Assembly (NCBI GenBank): GCA_013239625.1
Contig: MU055452.1
Coordinates: forward strand, 971,394 to 1,035,393
Direction of reading: 5' to 3'
Origin: Lama guanicoe
Lineage: Eukaryota
DNA length: 64,000 nucleotides
Shown: positions 24,646-37,569 of the stretch, piece after piece
How positions within the stretch are numbered: the stretch's first letter is position 1
How the letters are laid out: each line of letters starts with the position of its first letter
The notes under the pieces: generated by a model
What the model saw: only the letters and a program-made list of their open reading frames with translations
The model's database searches: none
Told to the model about the DNA's origin: nothing
Position numbers and translations under genes: made by a program

Positions 24646-25701
24646 GAGAAGAGGCCACGATGGTAGATCAGAAGGAGCAGGAGCTCACCTCCTCTCACAA
24701 CCACAACAAAACCGCAACAACTGCAGAACGACTACTGATAAAAAAAAGACTGCAGCCTATCAGAAACGATCTTCCACAACTGAAGACATGAAGAAGAAAC
24801 CACAACGCAATGGGTAAGAGGGGCAGATGCTCGACATAATCAAATCCCATAACCTCTCCCCACCCCGCCCCCCCGCCCCGGGTGGGTGACGCTGGTAAAC
24901 TAGAGAGAACAGTTACATCGTAGAGGTGCTCCCACAGGAGTCAGAGTTCTGAGCCCCATATCAGGCTCCCCATTCCAGGGGTCCAGCACCAGTAAGAGGA
25001 GTCCCAGAGCATGTGACTTCGAAGGCCAGCAGGGCTTAATTCCAGAAGCTCCACAGGACTGGGGGAAACAGGGACTTCGCTCTTAAGGGACCCATGCAAA
25101 CATCTCACACTCGCTGGGACCAAGGGAGAAAGCAGTGATTTCATAGGGGCTGGGGCCAGACCTACCTGCTGTTCTTGGAGGGTCTCCCTGGGGAAGTGTG
25201 GTGGACGAGGCTGTGGCTCACCCTGGGGACACAGACATGGTGGTAAACAGACTGGGGAATATTCATCTGCATGAACTCTCCATCCTAGAGGCAGACATCT
25301 TGCTTAAGTCATTAGCACCAAGACCTGGCCCCTCCCAACAGCCTGTAGGATTCATTGCTGGGACCCCCTTCCCCTCCAGGCCAAACAACTAACTGGTTGG
25401 GACGCATCCCCACCCATCAGCAGACAGGCTGCAGAAAGACTTATTGAGCCCATAGCCACCTGTAGACATGCCCCTAGATACAGCCCTGCTCACCAGAGGG
25501 CCAAGACCCAGCTCCACCCACCAGGGGCAGACACCAGAACTAAGAAAACAACAATCCTATAGCATGAGGAATGAATCCACAAACTCAGGCCAGACTCTAC
25601 CCTGGGACCAGCTGGCCCCTGGCCCTTGGGTGACAAGAGGGGAGTGCACTGCTGGGATGCATAGGACATCTCCTATAGAGGGTCAATTCTCCAAGGTCAA
25701 G
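24646..25701 (+). mobile_element. L1 5'UTR-only (3'-truncated) insertion, artiodactyl type
   Basis: Starts cacgatggtag...gagctcacctcctctcac, resembling an artiodactyl L1 5' end; no ORF1/ORF2 or A tail; flanked by 19-bp direct repeats at 24627-24645 and 25702-25720 (16/19 identical). Confidence 0.65.
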
Positions 25702-25879
25702 AAAAGTAAATGTATCCAGAAGGAAACTCAGTATGCTAGGAAATTTCTAGATAAGGATTACAATGTCAGCATCGAGTTTCCCAGCAGCCAAAGCAAAGAG
25801 GGAAAATTAATTGAATGCAAGATGTATGATGCCCACAGGGTTTAGACTCTCTTGCTGGTCCCAGGATTAAGAACTTTCT

Positions 25880-26592
25880 GCTGGTGGGAATGCAGTTTGG
25901 TGCAGCCACTGTGGAGAACAGTATGGAGATTCCTCAAAAGACTAGGAATAGACTTACCGTATGACCCAGGAATCCCGCTCCTGGGCATGTATCCAGAAGG
26001 AACCCTACTCCAAAANNNNNNNNNNNNNNNNNNNNNNNNNNNNNNNNNNNNNNNNNNNNNNNNNNNNNNNNNNNNNNNNNNNNNNNNNNNNNNNNNNNNN
26101 NNNNNNNNNNNNNNNNNNNNNNNNNNNNNNNNNNNNNNNNNNNNNNNNNNNNNNNNNNNNNNNNNNNNNNNNNNNNNNNNNNNNNNNNNNNNNNNNNNNN
26201 NNNNCATTCTAAGTGAAGTAAGCCAGAAAGAGAAAGAAAAATACCATATGAGATCAGTCATATGTGGAATCTAAAACAAACAAACAAACAAACAAAGCAT
26301 AAATACAAAACAGAAATAGACTCATAGACATAGAATACAAAATTGTGATTGCCAAGGGGGCGGAGGTGGGAAGGGATAGACGGGATTTCAAAATTGTGGA
26401 CTAGATAAACAAGATTATACTGTATAGCACAGGGAAATATACACAAGATCTTATGGTAGCTCACAGAGAAAAAAATGTGACAATGAATATATATATGTTC
26501 GTGTATAACAGAAAAATTATGCTTTACACTGGAATTTGACACAACATTTTAAACGAGTATAAATAAAAAATGTTTAAAAAATTATTAAAAAA
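25880..26592 (+). mobile_element. Young 5'-truncated L1 (ORF2 C-terminus plus 3'UTR)
   Basis: [36 protein letters not shown]...ILSEVSQKEK; A-rich tail; TSD AAGAA(C/T)TTTCT at 25869-25879 and 26593-26603; TT/AAGA endonuclease site. Confidence 0.92.
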
Positions 26593-26638
26593 AAGAATTT
26601 TCTAAGTATGTAATCCCTGCACACAAGAGAATCTACAA

Positions 26639-28003
26639 CAGAGCTGTCCAACAGAAATACAATTCACGCCACAAATGTGATTTTAAACGTTCTAGTAGCC
26701 ACACGAGGAAAAAAAAAAAGAAGCAGATTCAAAAAATCCCACAATAATGGGGTGTGTCAGAGGGACACAGGAGCAAGCTGAGAGAGCTCCCAGTGAATGG
26801 GCAAAGTGAGAACAATTAGAGCAAGAACATAAAGTTGCATTGGATTATAACCCAAAGACTAAAAATAAGTACCTGTGAGTCCATGCTGATACAAATATTG
26901 AATAAATAAATACATGGGAAGAAAAGACCAATCTCCCTTCCAGAAGCATTCCCAATAATCTGTGTAGATCTCCACTCTCAAGGGACACGCACAACCCCTC
27001 ACCTGTAAATGTGGGCAGAGAAAGAGCCATTTTACAGAGGAGAACCTGACCAGCACCACCTCGGTGCCTGATCAAACATTGATCAAGGTTTACGTCAACA
27101 GAGACAGCCCTGTTGACTATATACCCTCGGTATGACGTGACAGAAGGGCATTTTGCCTCTAAGGTCTTTCTCCCCAAACCCACAACCCAGGTCTAATCAT
27201 GAGAAAACATCAGATAAATTCCAACTGAGAGACATTCTACAAAATTCCTGACCAGTGCTCCTCAAAAAACTCGAAATCATCAAAAACGAGGAAAGTGTGA
27301 GAAACTGTCACCACCAAGAGGAGCCTAAAGAGACATGCTGACTAAAAGTGATGAGGTAGCCTGGTTGGGATCCTGGGACAGAAAAAAGGCATTAGGTAAA
27401 AACTAAGGAGGTCTGAGTAAAGTTCAGTCAATTATGATGCAGCAACACTGGCTCATTAACTGTGACAAGTATACCCTACTAACGTTAAGATGTTAATAAC
27501 AGGGAAACTGAGTGTGGGGCATATGAGACTTCTCCATATTATCTTTGCAATTTTTCTACAATTAAAAGTTTATTTTTAAAAAGGAGAAGTAGGTGAGATT
27601 AATTTTAACAACATATTTTACTTAACCTTATATATCCAGAATATTATCATTACAACCTGTGATCAATGTAAAACATTTACTAATGGGATATCTTATGTTC
27701 TTTTTTCATACTAAGTCCTTGAAATCCACTTGGTATTTTATGCTTATAGCATGTCTCAGTTTGGATGCTAAATTTTCATTGGAAATGTTGATCTGTATTT
27801 AGTTAAGTTTCATAAAAGTTAGAGTTAAAAAATAGATTCACATACTCAAGTTGTTCCAAACACTCTTAAAAGCTTTCCAATAGCTGAATCAAATATCAGC
27901 TTTCAAATTTGAATTAATTAAATTAAAATTTAAAGTTCCATTCCTCAGTCACATTAGCTCGATATCCACATGTGGCTGGTAGTTGCCAGTTTGGACAATG
28001 CAG
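26639..28003. mobile_element. Charlie1/MER33-family hAT element split by an L1 insertion (halves ~26639-26726 and ~27585-28003)
   Basis: Terminal inverted repeats cagagctgtccaa ... ttggacaatgcag; internal ttctagtagccaca and ccacatgtggct. Confidence 0.75.
26727..27583 (+). mobile_element. L1MC/L1MD 3'UTR fragment nested in the Charlie element
   Basis: gggacacaggagc...ggattataacccaaag...gtctaatcatgagaaaacatcaga...ttgcaatttttct; probable TSD agaag(c/t)ag. Confidence 0.75.
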
Positions 28004-28329
28004 GTGTGAAAAGCTAATCATAATATGTTCCAGCTTTTCTGGAACAGTCCTAATTCCAAATATTCTTTTCCATTGTCCCTTAAGTATACCTGGACATGTC
28101 AGGCTGATTGTTAGTTTGAAAAGCACGGTTACTGGGTTATGTGAGTAACCAGGGTGCTGTTTGGAAACCTGGCATGGACCTTCCTTCAGCAGAGCCTCCA
28201 GGAGTAACTCTCCTCAAACAATTGGCTCTGCTATGTCTTGACTTCCCTGGCTTTAAAGCAAGACAGCAATGCCTTCTAGTCTATGTGGGACCACACCGGA
28301 ACCATGAGGCCTTGCAGAGCCTTACTGGA

Positions 28330-28640
28330 AGGCAATTCAGCATTATATATCAAAAGCCTTGAAGAGCCTTATAACCATTGACCCAGGAGGTTCCCTTCTA
28401 TGAGTTTAACCCAAGAAACTAGAAAGGCATGCCGAGATGCATGAGCACAGAGAAGAGTTTAATGGAAAACATACTGAACAGAATCTAAATGACCAGCAGT
28501 TAAGTGAGCAGGTTAAATGATGGTGCAGCCATCCCAGGAAGTGTTATGCAGCCAATAAAAAAAAATTTTTTTTTGAAGAGAATCTAATCATTCACAAAAT
28601 GCCCATGAAATGATAGGAAGATGGAAAAAAGAGTGTCAAT
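28330..28640 (+). mobile_element. Old L1ME-type fragment
   Basis: ggcaattcagcatta...ttgacccagg...gttaaatgatggtgcagccat...tatgcagcca pattern. Confidence 0.5.
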
Positions 28641-29369
28641 ACTATAGGTCAAAATCATCCATGAGAAAGAGAAGCTGTAGTTTCAGTGTGACAAGTTTTT
28701 ATCTACATCAGCTCAGTTCTCGCCACCTCCGGACCCAGGACGATTACAAAGCAGGGTTATAACAGGCTGGGCTACAAAGCGAAAGTACCCAGAGCAAGTC
28801 TCTTGTTGTGGGAAAGTTAATAGCTATGAAAAAAATCAAATCACATCTGAGTAATCAGGGCCGATATTCCGAGCAGTTACCGACCTACCACCCTTCCTCC
28901 CATCTGAGCCGGTGAAGAGGCAGCCAGCTTTCTGGGTCAAGTGAAGAGGCCAGGTCTCTGCCGAGAAATAAATACAGGAGTACGAAGGAGAGATGTGATG
29001 TAAGCCCACTGTAGCTGCACTTTTGTAACCCTGCAGTGTGAGTGCTGCTCAGTTTAGAAATCGTTGTCAGTGGCAGTGTGTTCTGCCTCTGTTTTAAGGC
29101 ACATGAGAGAATCTGATATACAGGGGATTTGTAACCAAATGTCTATGGAAGTTTGCTTGATTGCACTTCCATCAAGGTTTAAGCACCTATGGAAATCGGA
29201 TCTGAGAACCTTATACTTTCAATTTGGCCGTCATGAGTACTGTGAACACTTAGAACAGTTAGTTATTTAAAGATAATAAACAAAGTACACGAAGTGGTGG
29301 GTATTCCTTTCGGCAAACAAAAGTGCCTTAGACATTAAAGAATCTTGTCAACCAACAAGATGCACCAGG

Positions 29370-29590
29370 GTATAATCACAATAATACACACACATACACA
29401 AACACATATACACAGAAAAAAGACTGGAAGGAAATACAACAGGATATAAACAGTGGTTATCTGTGGCTGTTGAGATGATAAGATGATTTTTATTTTCCTC
29501 TTTATACTGTTGTTCTCCAAGTTTTCTGAAATGAAATCATACAGCCATTGTAATTGGAAAGAATGAAGTATGCTATTATGGAAGTCAGGA
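29370..29590 (+). mobile_element. Old L1ME-type 3' end fragment
   Basis: cagaaaaaagactggaaggaaatacaac...aacagtggttatct. Confidence 0.55.
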
Positions 29591-30851
29591 GTATCTTGTG
29601 AAGGTGGCATTTGCTCCCACATGCAAAACACAATTGTCAGGAAGAGCCCCAGCAGCTCCTGAGGCCCTGTTCCCCACCTTGAGCAAAAAACTCTTGTTTG
29701 TGCTGCTAAGGATCTCACACTTTTTCTGGTTTAAAATCGTCTCCTTTTGGGTAATGACTTCGTCTCTGGTCTCTTCATCATAACAAGGGTTTTCCTTCCT
29801 CCTTGTCATTCTAAGACAACAGCTGGTCACAGGGGAAGTTTACACATCTTCAGGTCTTGTGGCACAACTAACTACATGCTGCTGTCAAGGTTGGAGGCAA
29901 TGTCTTGCTGCCCAGGCCCCCGGTGGCTCTTACTGAGGCTCTGATTCCCCGAGGCCTGCATGGGAAAGCCATTTGATTCTTGGTTTCAGAGGTCCATCCT
30001 GTAGCTCTCTATTAAACTGTCGTTTTGCTTTTTGCTATGGTGACGTCCTAGTGAATTCACCAGTTAGCACTCCAGCTATTCTTGGGGTCTCCTGTGAAAT
30101 ACAAGAATTTCTGGACCTTTTCCACTTCTTGTGCTGGACCAGACATTATGAACCAGGGGTGCTATCTTAGGCCCAACCCACCACAGCACTCAGCCATTTC
30201 TACTCCATGGCTTGGGCACCATGTTGGATGCACTATCCTCTGAAAGATGGGAAGTCCCCTCAGGCTCCACCCAATGCAGTGGGGACACCAGCCTTGGTGT
30301 TTCTGGAGTCCTTAAAACTACCTGGGTGTTTCCATCCTCACTTACCCCTGGGGTTTGGCCCTGACGGGTGGGGTGGGGAGAACCAGCACACTCACAGGCT
30401 GACCCTTGCCTGCCTTTTCTTGCCCTGTTTCTCGATTCCTTCCCCAAGTCCCAAAACAGCTGTACTTCCTGTGGAGCAGAAACTTCCCTTTTGTCATATC
30501 TGCATTCTGCCATCCTCCATGACTCACCGAACCATCACTCAACCATTCCCAGCTTTGATTTCCTGATGTGTGAAAGCTCCAGCCTTGGGAGTTTTAAGAA
30601 AACCCTCTCTCTCTCTGAAAAGTCTGGCTTTCAAGACCATTGTCTTGCTATCAGATTGTTAAGACTACTTTGAAACTCTAAGTGAAAAAGCAACATCTTT
30701 AACTCAGGCTGCAGCCACCTTCCTCTTTCTTAGAGAGGTTCGCCTCTGTTCCTAGCCTAAGCTCACTGGCACAGGCTGTAGAGGAGGAATTGAATGGGTT
30801 ATGGAGAAAGGAATATGTCCTAGGTGATATTCAAAACATTATCCCACTGCA

Positions 30852-31574
30852 AATGCAGTTTAGTGAAGCCACTGTGGAAAACAGTATGGAGACTCCTCAA
30901 AAGACTAGGAATAGACTTACCGTATGACCCGGGAATCCCGCTCCTGGGCATATATCCAGAAGGAACCCTACTCCAAAATGACACCTGCGCCCCAATGTTC
31001 ATAGCAGCACTATTCACAATAGCCAAGACATGGAAACAGCCTAAATGTCCATCAACAGATGAAAACAGATGACAAAGAAGATGTGGTATATTTATACAAT
31101 GGAATGCTATTCAGCCATAAAACCTGACAACATAATGCCATTTGCAGCAACATGGATGTTCCTGAAGAATGTCATTTTAAGTGAAGTGAGCCAGAAAGAG
31201 AAAGAAAAATACAGTATGAGATCGGTCATATGTGGAATCTTAAAAAAACCCCAAAAAACCAACGCATAAATACAAAACAGAAATAGACTCATAGACATAG
31301 AATACAAACTTGTGGTTGCCAAGGGGAGGGGTGGGAAGGGATAGACTGGGAGTTCAAAATTTGTAGATACTGACAGGCATATGTAGAATAGATAAACAAG
31401 ATTATACTGTATAGCACAGGGAAATATATACAAGATCTTGTGGTAGCTCACAGTGGAAAAAAATGTGACAATGAATAGATGCATGTTCATGTATAACTGA
31501 AAAATTGTGCTCTACACTGGAATTTGACACAACATTGTAAAATGACTGTAACTCAATAAAAAATGTTTTTTTAA
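30852..31574 (+). mobile_element. Young 5'-truncated L1, same subfamily as 25880-26592
   Basis: [67 protein letters not shown]; 19-bp TSD AAAACAT(T/G)ATCCCACTGCA at 30833-30851 and 31575-31593. Confidence 0.95.
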
Positions 31575-34044
31575 AAAACATGATCCCACTGCATTATTTA
31601 AAAATGATATAAATGCAAACAAAAGCCAACAACAAATATTACTTTAGAACAGTTGAATGAGGAAAAATGTTTTAAAAAAATCTTAATATCTAATGCTGGT
31701 GAGGATATCCTCATGCAGGCACTGGTGACAGTATAAATTTATGAAAGCAATATGGACTCTAATTTGGAAATACATATCACTACCAAACCCCTTCAAAGCA
31801 GAACAAATGCCCTTGGCAGGAATGGGTACTCCTGGGAGACAGGCTTTTGACTTGGCCTATTTTCAGGGCGATCACTCAGGAATGTGCTAGAGTGATTCTG
31901 TACCACCGCTCACACGTGGTGAGTGTGCAGGTATGTAGTCAGAGTCTCTAAAACATCCTGGGTAAGAGAGATAAACCCACTCACTCCTCCCATGAGAATG
32001 GCAGAGGGCCCCACGTGGTGCCTTGGCGGAGTCTCACTCTGAAGTTGGCATCACTCGCAGCAGGCTGTCCTTGTGGGGATTCTGGGGACCTGGGAAGGCT
32101 TATGTCTCTCTGGAAGCAGGATGGGTTGCCTCCTGCTTTCTGTAACCATTTCTATGTGTTTCCATATCCTTTATCAGTAAAGAGACTCAACTTCCTCGAG
32201 CCATGTCTGCTGCATCTTCCCATCAGGCACATTGCATCCTGTGCTGACATCCATGTGGCCATGTCTTCTTGACACAGGCTTCCCAAAAAGACTCTTTCAG
32301 CTGCCCCTGGAAAGGTTGTCCTTCTATAAACTCTCAGACAGATCATCAAAATCCAGAGCTGTAACCATGGGAAAACGCTGAAACCTACATCTGCCCAGAC
32401 AATCAGAACAGCTTAATCCACTTTCCTGGCAATGCCTGCATTTTTGTCGGCACTCTGAGGGTTCCCAGAAATGCTGCATCATCCCCCTAAGTTAAACCAG
32501 CACCTAAGGTGATACGTCCTGGGTTAGTGAGTCTATTTCCTGGTGTTACTGTCACGTTCGTTTGATCTGCTTATTGCGCAAACACCTATTCTTTGAGTAG
32601 CAGCTAAGTTCTCGGCCCTAATCTCTGTGAAGGAGGGTGCTCACGCTGAGACGGATCCCAGCTTTTTGACAACCTTGATGATCAGAGGAGGACTGGGTGA
32701 AAAGGTGGGCAAATTTGACTCATTCTTTTAAAATGAGAACTTTTTTTTTTTTTTTTTGCTTTCCTCAAGTCAGGAGTTTGAGTTCATCTTTGAAGGAAGT
32801 CTGCTTCTTTGGGGAAAAAGCCTTCAATAGACGTGTTAGTCAGGGCCTTTTTTTAATTGCTGAGGGCATAAACCCATTTCAAACCAACATGGGCCAAAAG
32901 GGGAATTCTCTGTCTGGATTAAGTAACTTAAGCCCAGGAAGTTGGGGCGTACAGTGGAGCTCAGGGGAGGCAGGAGCCAAGGTTCACTCACAATTCTCTC
33001 CCTCTCCTTCTGTTCCTTGTGTCTGCTGCTCTTGGCTCCCTGGCTTTCTCCACAAGGATAGAACCAACTTCACAGTCAACCCTCACATTACTCTGGCTCC
33101 CCACACCGGCCCATTCCAGGAGAGATCCGGGGGAGGTCTACCTTTTGGTCTTTGGGAAGGAGGAGGATGTCCTAGCAGTGCCAGCAGTGGAGGGCAGAGG
33201 TGAGGGAGGGGATGGATGGAGCGTGTGTCCAGGTCTCATGGACTCCACAGAACCTCAGGAGCTGAGGTGAGGATCAGGGCTGCTGTAGACTGTTGTGTAG
33301 GTTGTGCAGTGCACAACCACACGCTGGTGAGGGCTGAGTCAGTCTCTCTGAAAGCGATTTACAATGCATCACTCATGCTGAGAAAACAGACTGCACAGGT
33401 GACACAAACCACAGTCACTTGAGCTGGGGACACAGTGGAAAGAGCCAAGACTGAAGTTGGGTCAGATGAGTGATTATTATTTCAACCCAGACCAGTGGGA
33501 GCCTGCAGAGAAGGACAATACTGCAGGGCCCTCCTCAACTGCTCACATTTTTGAGATAAAAAGGCTAGGGAAGATGCCTTTGTGAAGAGAAAGGGCCTTA
33601 TTAGGAAGTGTATACTCTTACTTGGCTGAAAGACATAGTTATGTGAAGTGTTTTTGGTACATTTTTTAGTAAAGGATCAGAAAAGTACATAAATTGTAAG
33701 TGCCCAATCCGATGCATTTTCATAACACAGTAAACACACTTGTGTAACCAGCACCCAGGTCAAGAATCAGAACTTACCAGCACCCAGAGCCCCTCAGTTC
33801 CCCTCCCAGGCACTTTCCGAGTCAGTTGTGCCCTTTTCTGTGTTAGAATGCACGTCAGTGAAAGCTTCAGGCAGCACAGACATGCTCTGCCTGGTGCTGA
33901 ATTTCACCCAGTGGAGCACACAGTTGGTGTTCTTTTGTGGCTGGCTCCTGTGGCTCACCGTTACGTCGGGGACATGACCCTGTGTGGCTGTGCACCATCA
34001 CAGCTCATGTACCCGTGCTGGGTGGTGCCTCATGGAGTGAATAT

Positions 34045-34432
34045 GCCACCACAACAAAGTGCCACAAACTGGGCGGCTTCCACAGCAGACATGTGTCCCT
34101 CACAGCTCTGGAGGCTGCAAGTCCAAGAACAAGGTAGCAGCAGGCCTGGCGTCTTCTGAGGCCTCTCTCCTTGACTTGCAGACGGCCGCCTTCCCACTGT
34201 GTCCTCACATGGTCTTTCCCCTGTGCACGTATATCTGGTATTTTTCTGGAGATCCAAATTTCCTCTTTTCACAAGGACACCAGGCAGATTGGCTCAGGGC
34301 CCACCTCAACAGTCTCTTTTTAACTTAATCATCTCTTAAGGGCCCTACCTTTAAATACAGTCACACTTTGAGACACAGGGGGTTAGGATTTCAACTTATC
34401 AATTTGGGAGGGACACAGTTCAGCCTACAACA
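34045..34432 (-). mobile_element. MLT1A/B MaLR solo LTR, antisense
   Basis: ccacaaactgggcggctt...cacagctctggaggctgcaagtccaag...ggacacagttcagcctacaaca. Confidence 0.85.
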
Positions 34433-34770
34433 GTGCTGTTCCACTGTGAACAGGCATGTGAGTAGTTTTTGGTCTCTAGCAATTACAAATAGGGCTACTG
34501 TGAACATTCTTGAACATCTTTTTCAAAACATATTCACCCATTTTGGTTCACTATACACCTAGGAGTGGCTTTTCTGGGTCCTACAGTCTTTGTGTGCTCA
34601 GGTGAGTAGTTACTGCCAGCCAGTTTTCTGACCTGGTTATTGCAGTTTACTCTCCCATAAGCAGTGCAGGGGAGTTACATTGTTCCACATCCTCTCCAAC
34701 ACTTGGAATTGTCAGCCTTGTAACTTTAGCCATTCTGGTGGATACATAATGGCATTTCATTATAATTTTA

Positions 34771-34927
34771 TGTTGAGCCTTGAATGGACTAAACTGTACC
34801 CCCAAATTCGTATGTTGAAGCCCTGGCCCCCAGTATTATAGTACTGGAGACAGGACCGATACAGAGGTAATTAAGGTTATATGATGACCTAAGGATGGAG
34901 CCTGGATCCTATAGGATTAGTATACGT
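34771..34927 (+). mobile_element. MLT1A-like LTR 5' part, remainder masked
   Basis: cccccaaattcgtatgttgaagccct...gaggtaattaaggtta. Confidence 0.75.
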
Positions 34928-36369
34928 NNNNNNNNNNNNNNNNNNNNNNNNNNNNNNNNNNNNNNNNNNNNNNNNNNNNNNNNNNNNNNNNNNNNNNNNN
35001 NNNNNNNNNNNNNNNNNNNNNNNNNNNNNNNNNNNNNNNNNNNNNNNNNNNNNNNNNCATATTCATTTTGGACTTCCAAGTCATTTGCCCATTTTCTACT
35101 GAGCTGTCAGTCTTATCAACTGCTGTGTATGAGTTCTTTATATATTCTGAATCCTCTGTTGGATCCATTTACTACAAATACCCTCTCTTAGTGTGCAACT
35201 TCTTTTTCACACTCGTAAGGGTATCTTCTGATGGTCTGAAGTTCTTAATTTTAATACAGTCCACTTAATTAAATTTTCCCCTTATGGTTAGTGCTTTTTG
35301 TGTTATATTTAAGAAATCTTACTCTACTCCGGAGACTGTTCATTTTAAAGGCAATTTTAAGGGAAAAAAAAATGAAGGTTCAGAGTAGGATGAATCATTT
35401 AAAGAATTTTAAGCCATATTTTTATGTACATCTGAGTCATAATGTGAAATTTTCAAATCTTTAACATATATTTTATACCTAATTAGATTCTGAAAATGAA
35501 GTTAACTGGGGAGGCAATTTTTAAAATCATAGAATGTCAGTGTTGGGAGAGTCTTAAAAGTCTGGCCCTTCATTAGTTACATTCAGGTTGACAGATACCC
35601 CTGAGCACAGCCCCGTGCCGAGCTCCCTGCCAGGAGTCAGGAGTGTGAGAGGAAGGGGGAGCGCTGTGTCCACAGCACGCGGGGCCTGGCAGGGAGGGCA
35701 GTGGGCAGTGGGCACCCAAACTGTCAGGATGCAGATGCCAAAGGAGGGCGAGTGGCTGTGATGGAGGAGAGTCCAGGCATTACGAGGACCCGAAGGTGAA
35801 AAGCACATCTGCCTGAGAGGGGACTTCTCGGAGGAAACGGAGTTCAGGGAGTGGGAACAGAGGGCCTGGGGTGTGTGTTCCTAAGGGCTGGACTTGAGTA
35901 GGGTGTGTGCAGTCTGCCTACAAGGCTTCTGCGTGCCTCACAGACCCAGACTCCACAGCCCTTCCTAAATCTGGGATGGCAGCAGGTGACTGGTTGGGAA
36001 ATCTGACATCCTAGATCCAAGGACCAAGGCCAGGATGCTGGGAGGGCTGCATCCTCAACTTGGTAGCATCTCGTTACCTAGATCTGCTCTTCACAAGAGA
36101 TGGATTTTCAATTCACCAGAAGACTCCCTTGCAGAAAAATTGGCTTGGAAGGCCATAATATGAAAAGGAAACTAGGCAAAAGGAAACTTCCTCGCTGAAT
36201 CTCACAGAATGATAATAACCTGCCCTTTAGTATAACCATGTTTTGATTTTTAAATGCCTTGCTTTCTTGCAATAATGCACACCTATCAAAAGAAACAAGG
36301 TGGAGACCAGTTGCAAAATTAAAAAAAAAAAAGATGCTATTTGGATAATAAAGAGGGAACAGAAGAGAA

Positions 36370-36590
36370 CAGACTTGATTAAGCACCAGCTGCATCTTAG
36401 GCTATTTTAAACACTTTATGCATATTATCTCATTTTATCATAACACAAAAGTAGGGTACAACATTTCCTATTTGACTGTTTCTGTGAGCAGAGATTCAGA
36501 GAGGTTAAGTGACTTGCCCAGAGTCATACAGCTCAATGGGGACAGAGCCAGAATTCACACTTGGGACTGAGTCTCACCTTCTTTGCCTAA
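36370..36590 (-). mobile_element. MIR SINE
   Basis: cagagaggttaagtgacttgcccagagtcatacagct. Confidence 0.75.
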
Positions 36591-37569
36591 AATTACTGCA
36601 AAGAAGCAGAAATGCATGATGTGTGTGGGGCCTGGTTATTTCACTGCCACAAAAAGTACAAATACCCCAGGGTGGAGAGGGTAGCAGCTTAGTGTGACTC
36701 AGGGGACCTAGCTGATTCTGTGAACAGGTCTCTTCTGGCCAGAAGCTCCATGCTCCTCCATGAGTCTGCCCTTCCTAACAGTCACAGAGGAACACCCCTG
36801 TCTTTCTGCTGTCTGGCCTCCAGATGTTCCCGTCTTGACCTTCCCTTCTAGGTCATCCTCTGGGCTTCTAAATAGGTTCTCTTTTCTGTTGATTAAAGTA
36901 ATAATAATAATATGTTATTGTTGTTGTTATTATTATTTAAGGCTTTGATTCTAGGCCTGCAGCATACCATTATCCTTAATTGGGCTGCATGATGATCAGT
37001 GATGACTCACTTATTGGCGATTTGGGAGTGTCCTTACATGCCTGCAAGCTTGGAAAATATTCCCGGAGAGCCCTTCCTGGTCCCCAAGTCCATTTATCTT
37101 CCTGGCGTTCTTCCCCAGCCTTACACTCTCCGTCCTCCCAGTCCGCCCAGCCCCCATATAATGAAGTGTCTCACTGATGTGTGTTCTGCTCAGATCAAAG
37201 AACTCGGCAATGTTTCAATCAGCCAGCCGTCCCCCAGCTGCAGTGCATCTTAGTGTTCTGTGGGGCTTCCGCACACTCTTCGCTCACAAGAACTGTTAGT
37301 TCAGCGCCTTTTTAGGAAAAGATCCCTCAGCGGGAAAACAGGAGACCTGGAGAGGTTTCCACCCGAGGCCCTGCATACCAAACATGGCTCAGGAGGAGAG
37401 GAGCCAACGTGATTGAGGAGCTGGGGGAAGAAGGGTGAGCGGAGATGCAAGCAGGTAGGAAAGGTGCCTGAAAGTGGATCAGGAAGGAGCACACAGACTG
37501 TGGCCGCCTTAGAGGAAGCCAGCCTTGGAGGGAGGAAGACTTGGGAGAATGATTTCACCCTGCGTGGAG

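Larger units (their letters stand above)
33660..35340 (-). mobile_element. Old antisense L1 (L1ME-like) carrying nested MLT1 LTRs
   Basis: tgtgtaaccagcacccaggtcaaga, gctactgtgaacattctt, ttccacatcctctccaacacttgg, gagttctttatatattctg. Confidence 0.65.

Noticed and set aside
25852-26274. Protein-coding ORFs at 25852, 30824, 52992 and 63498
   Set aside because: They are C-terminal fragments of L1 ORF2 in 5'-truncated insertions.
36899-36938. AAT/ATT-rich quasi-palindrome
   Set aside because: Low-complexity microsatellite junction with no sign of function.
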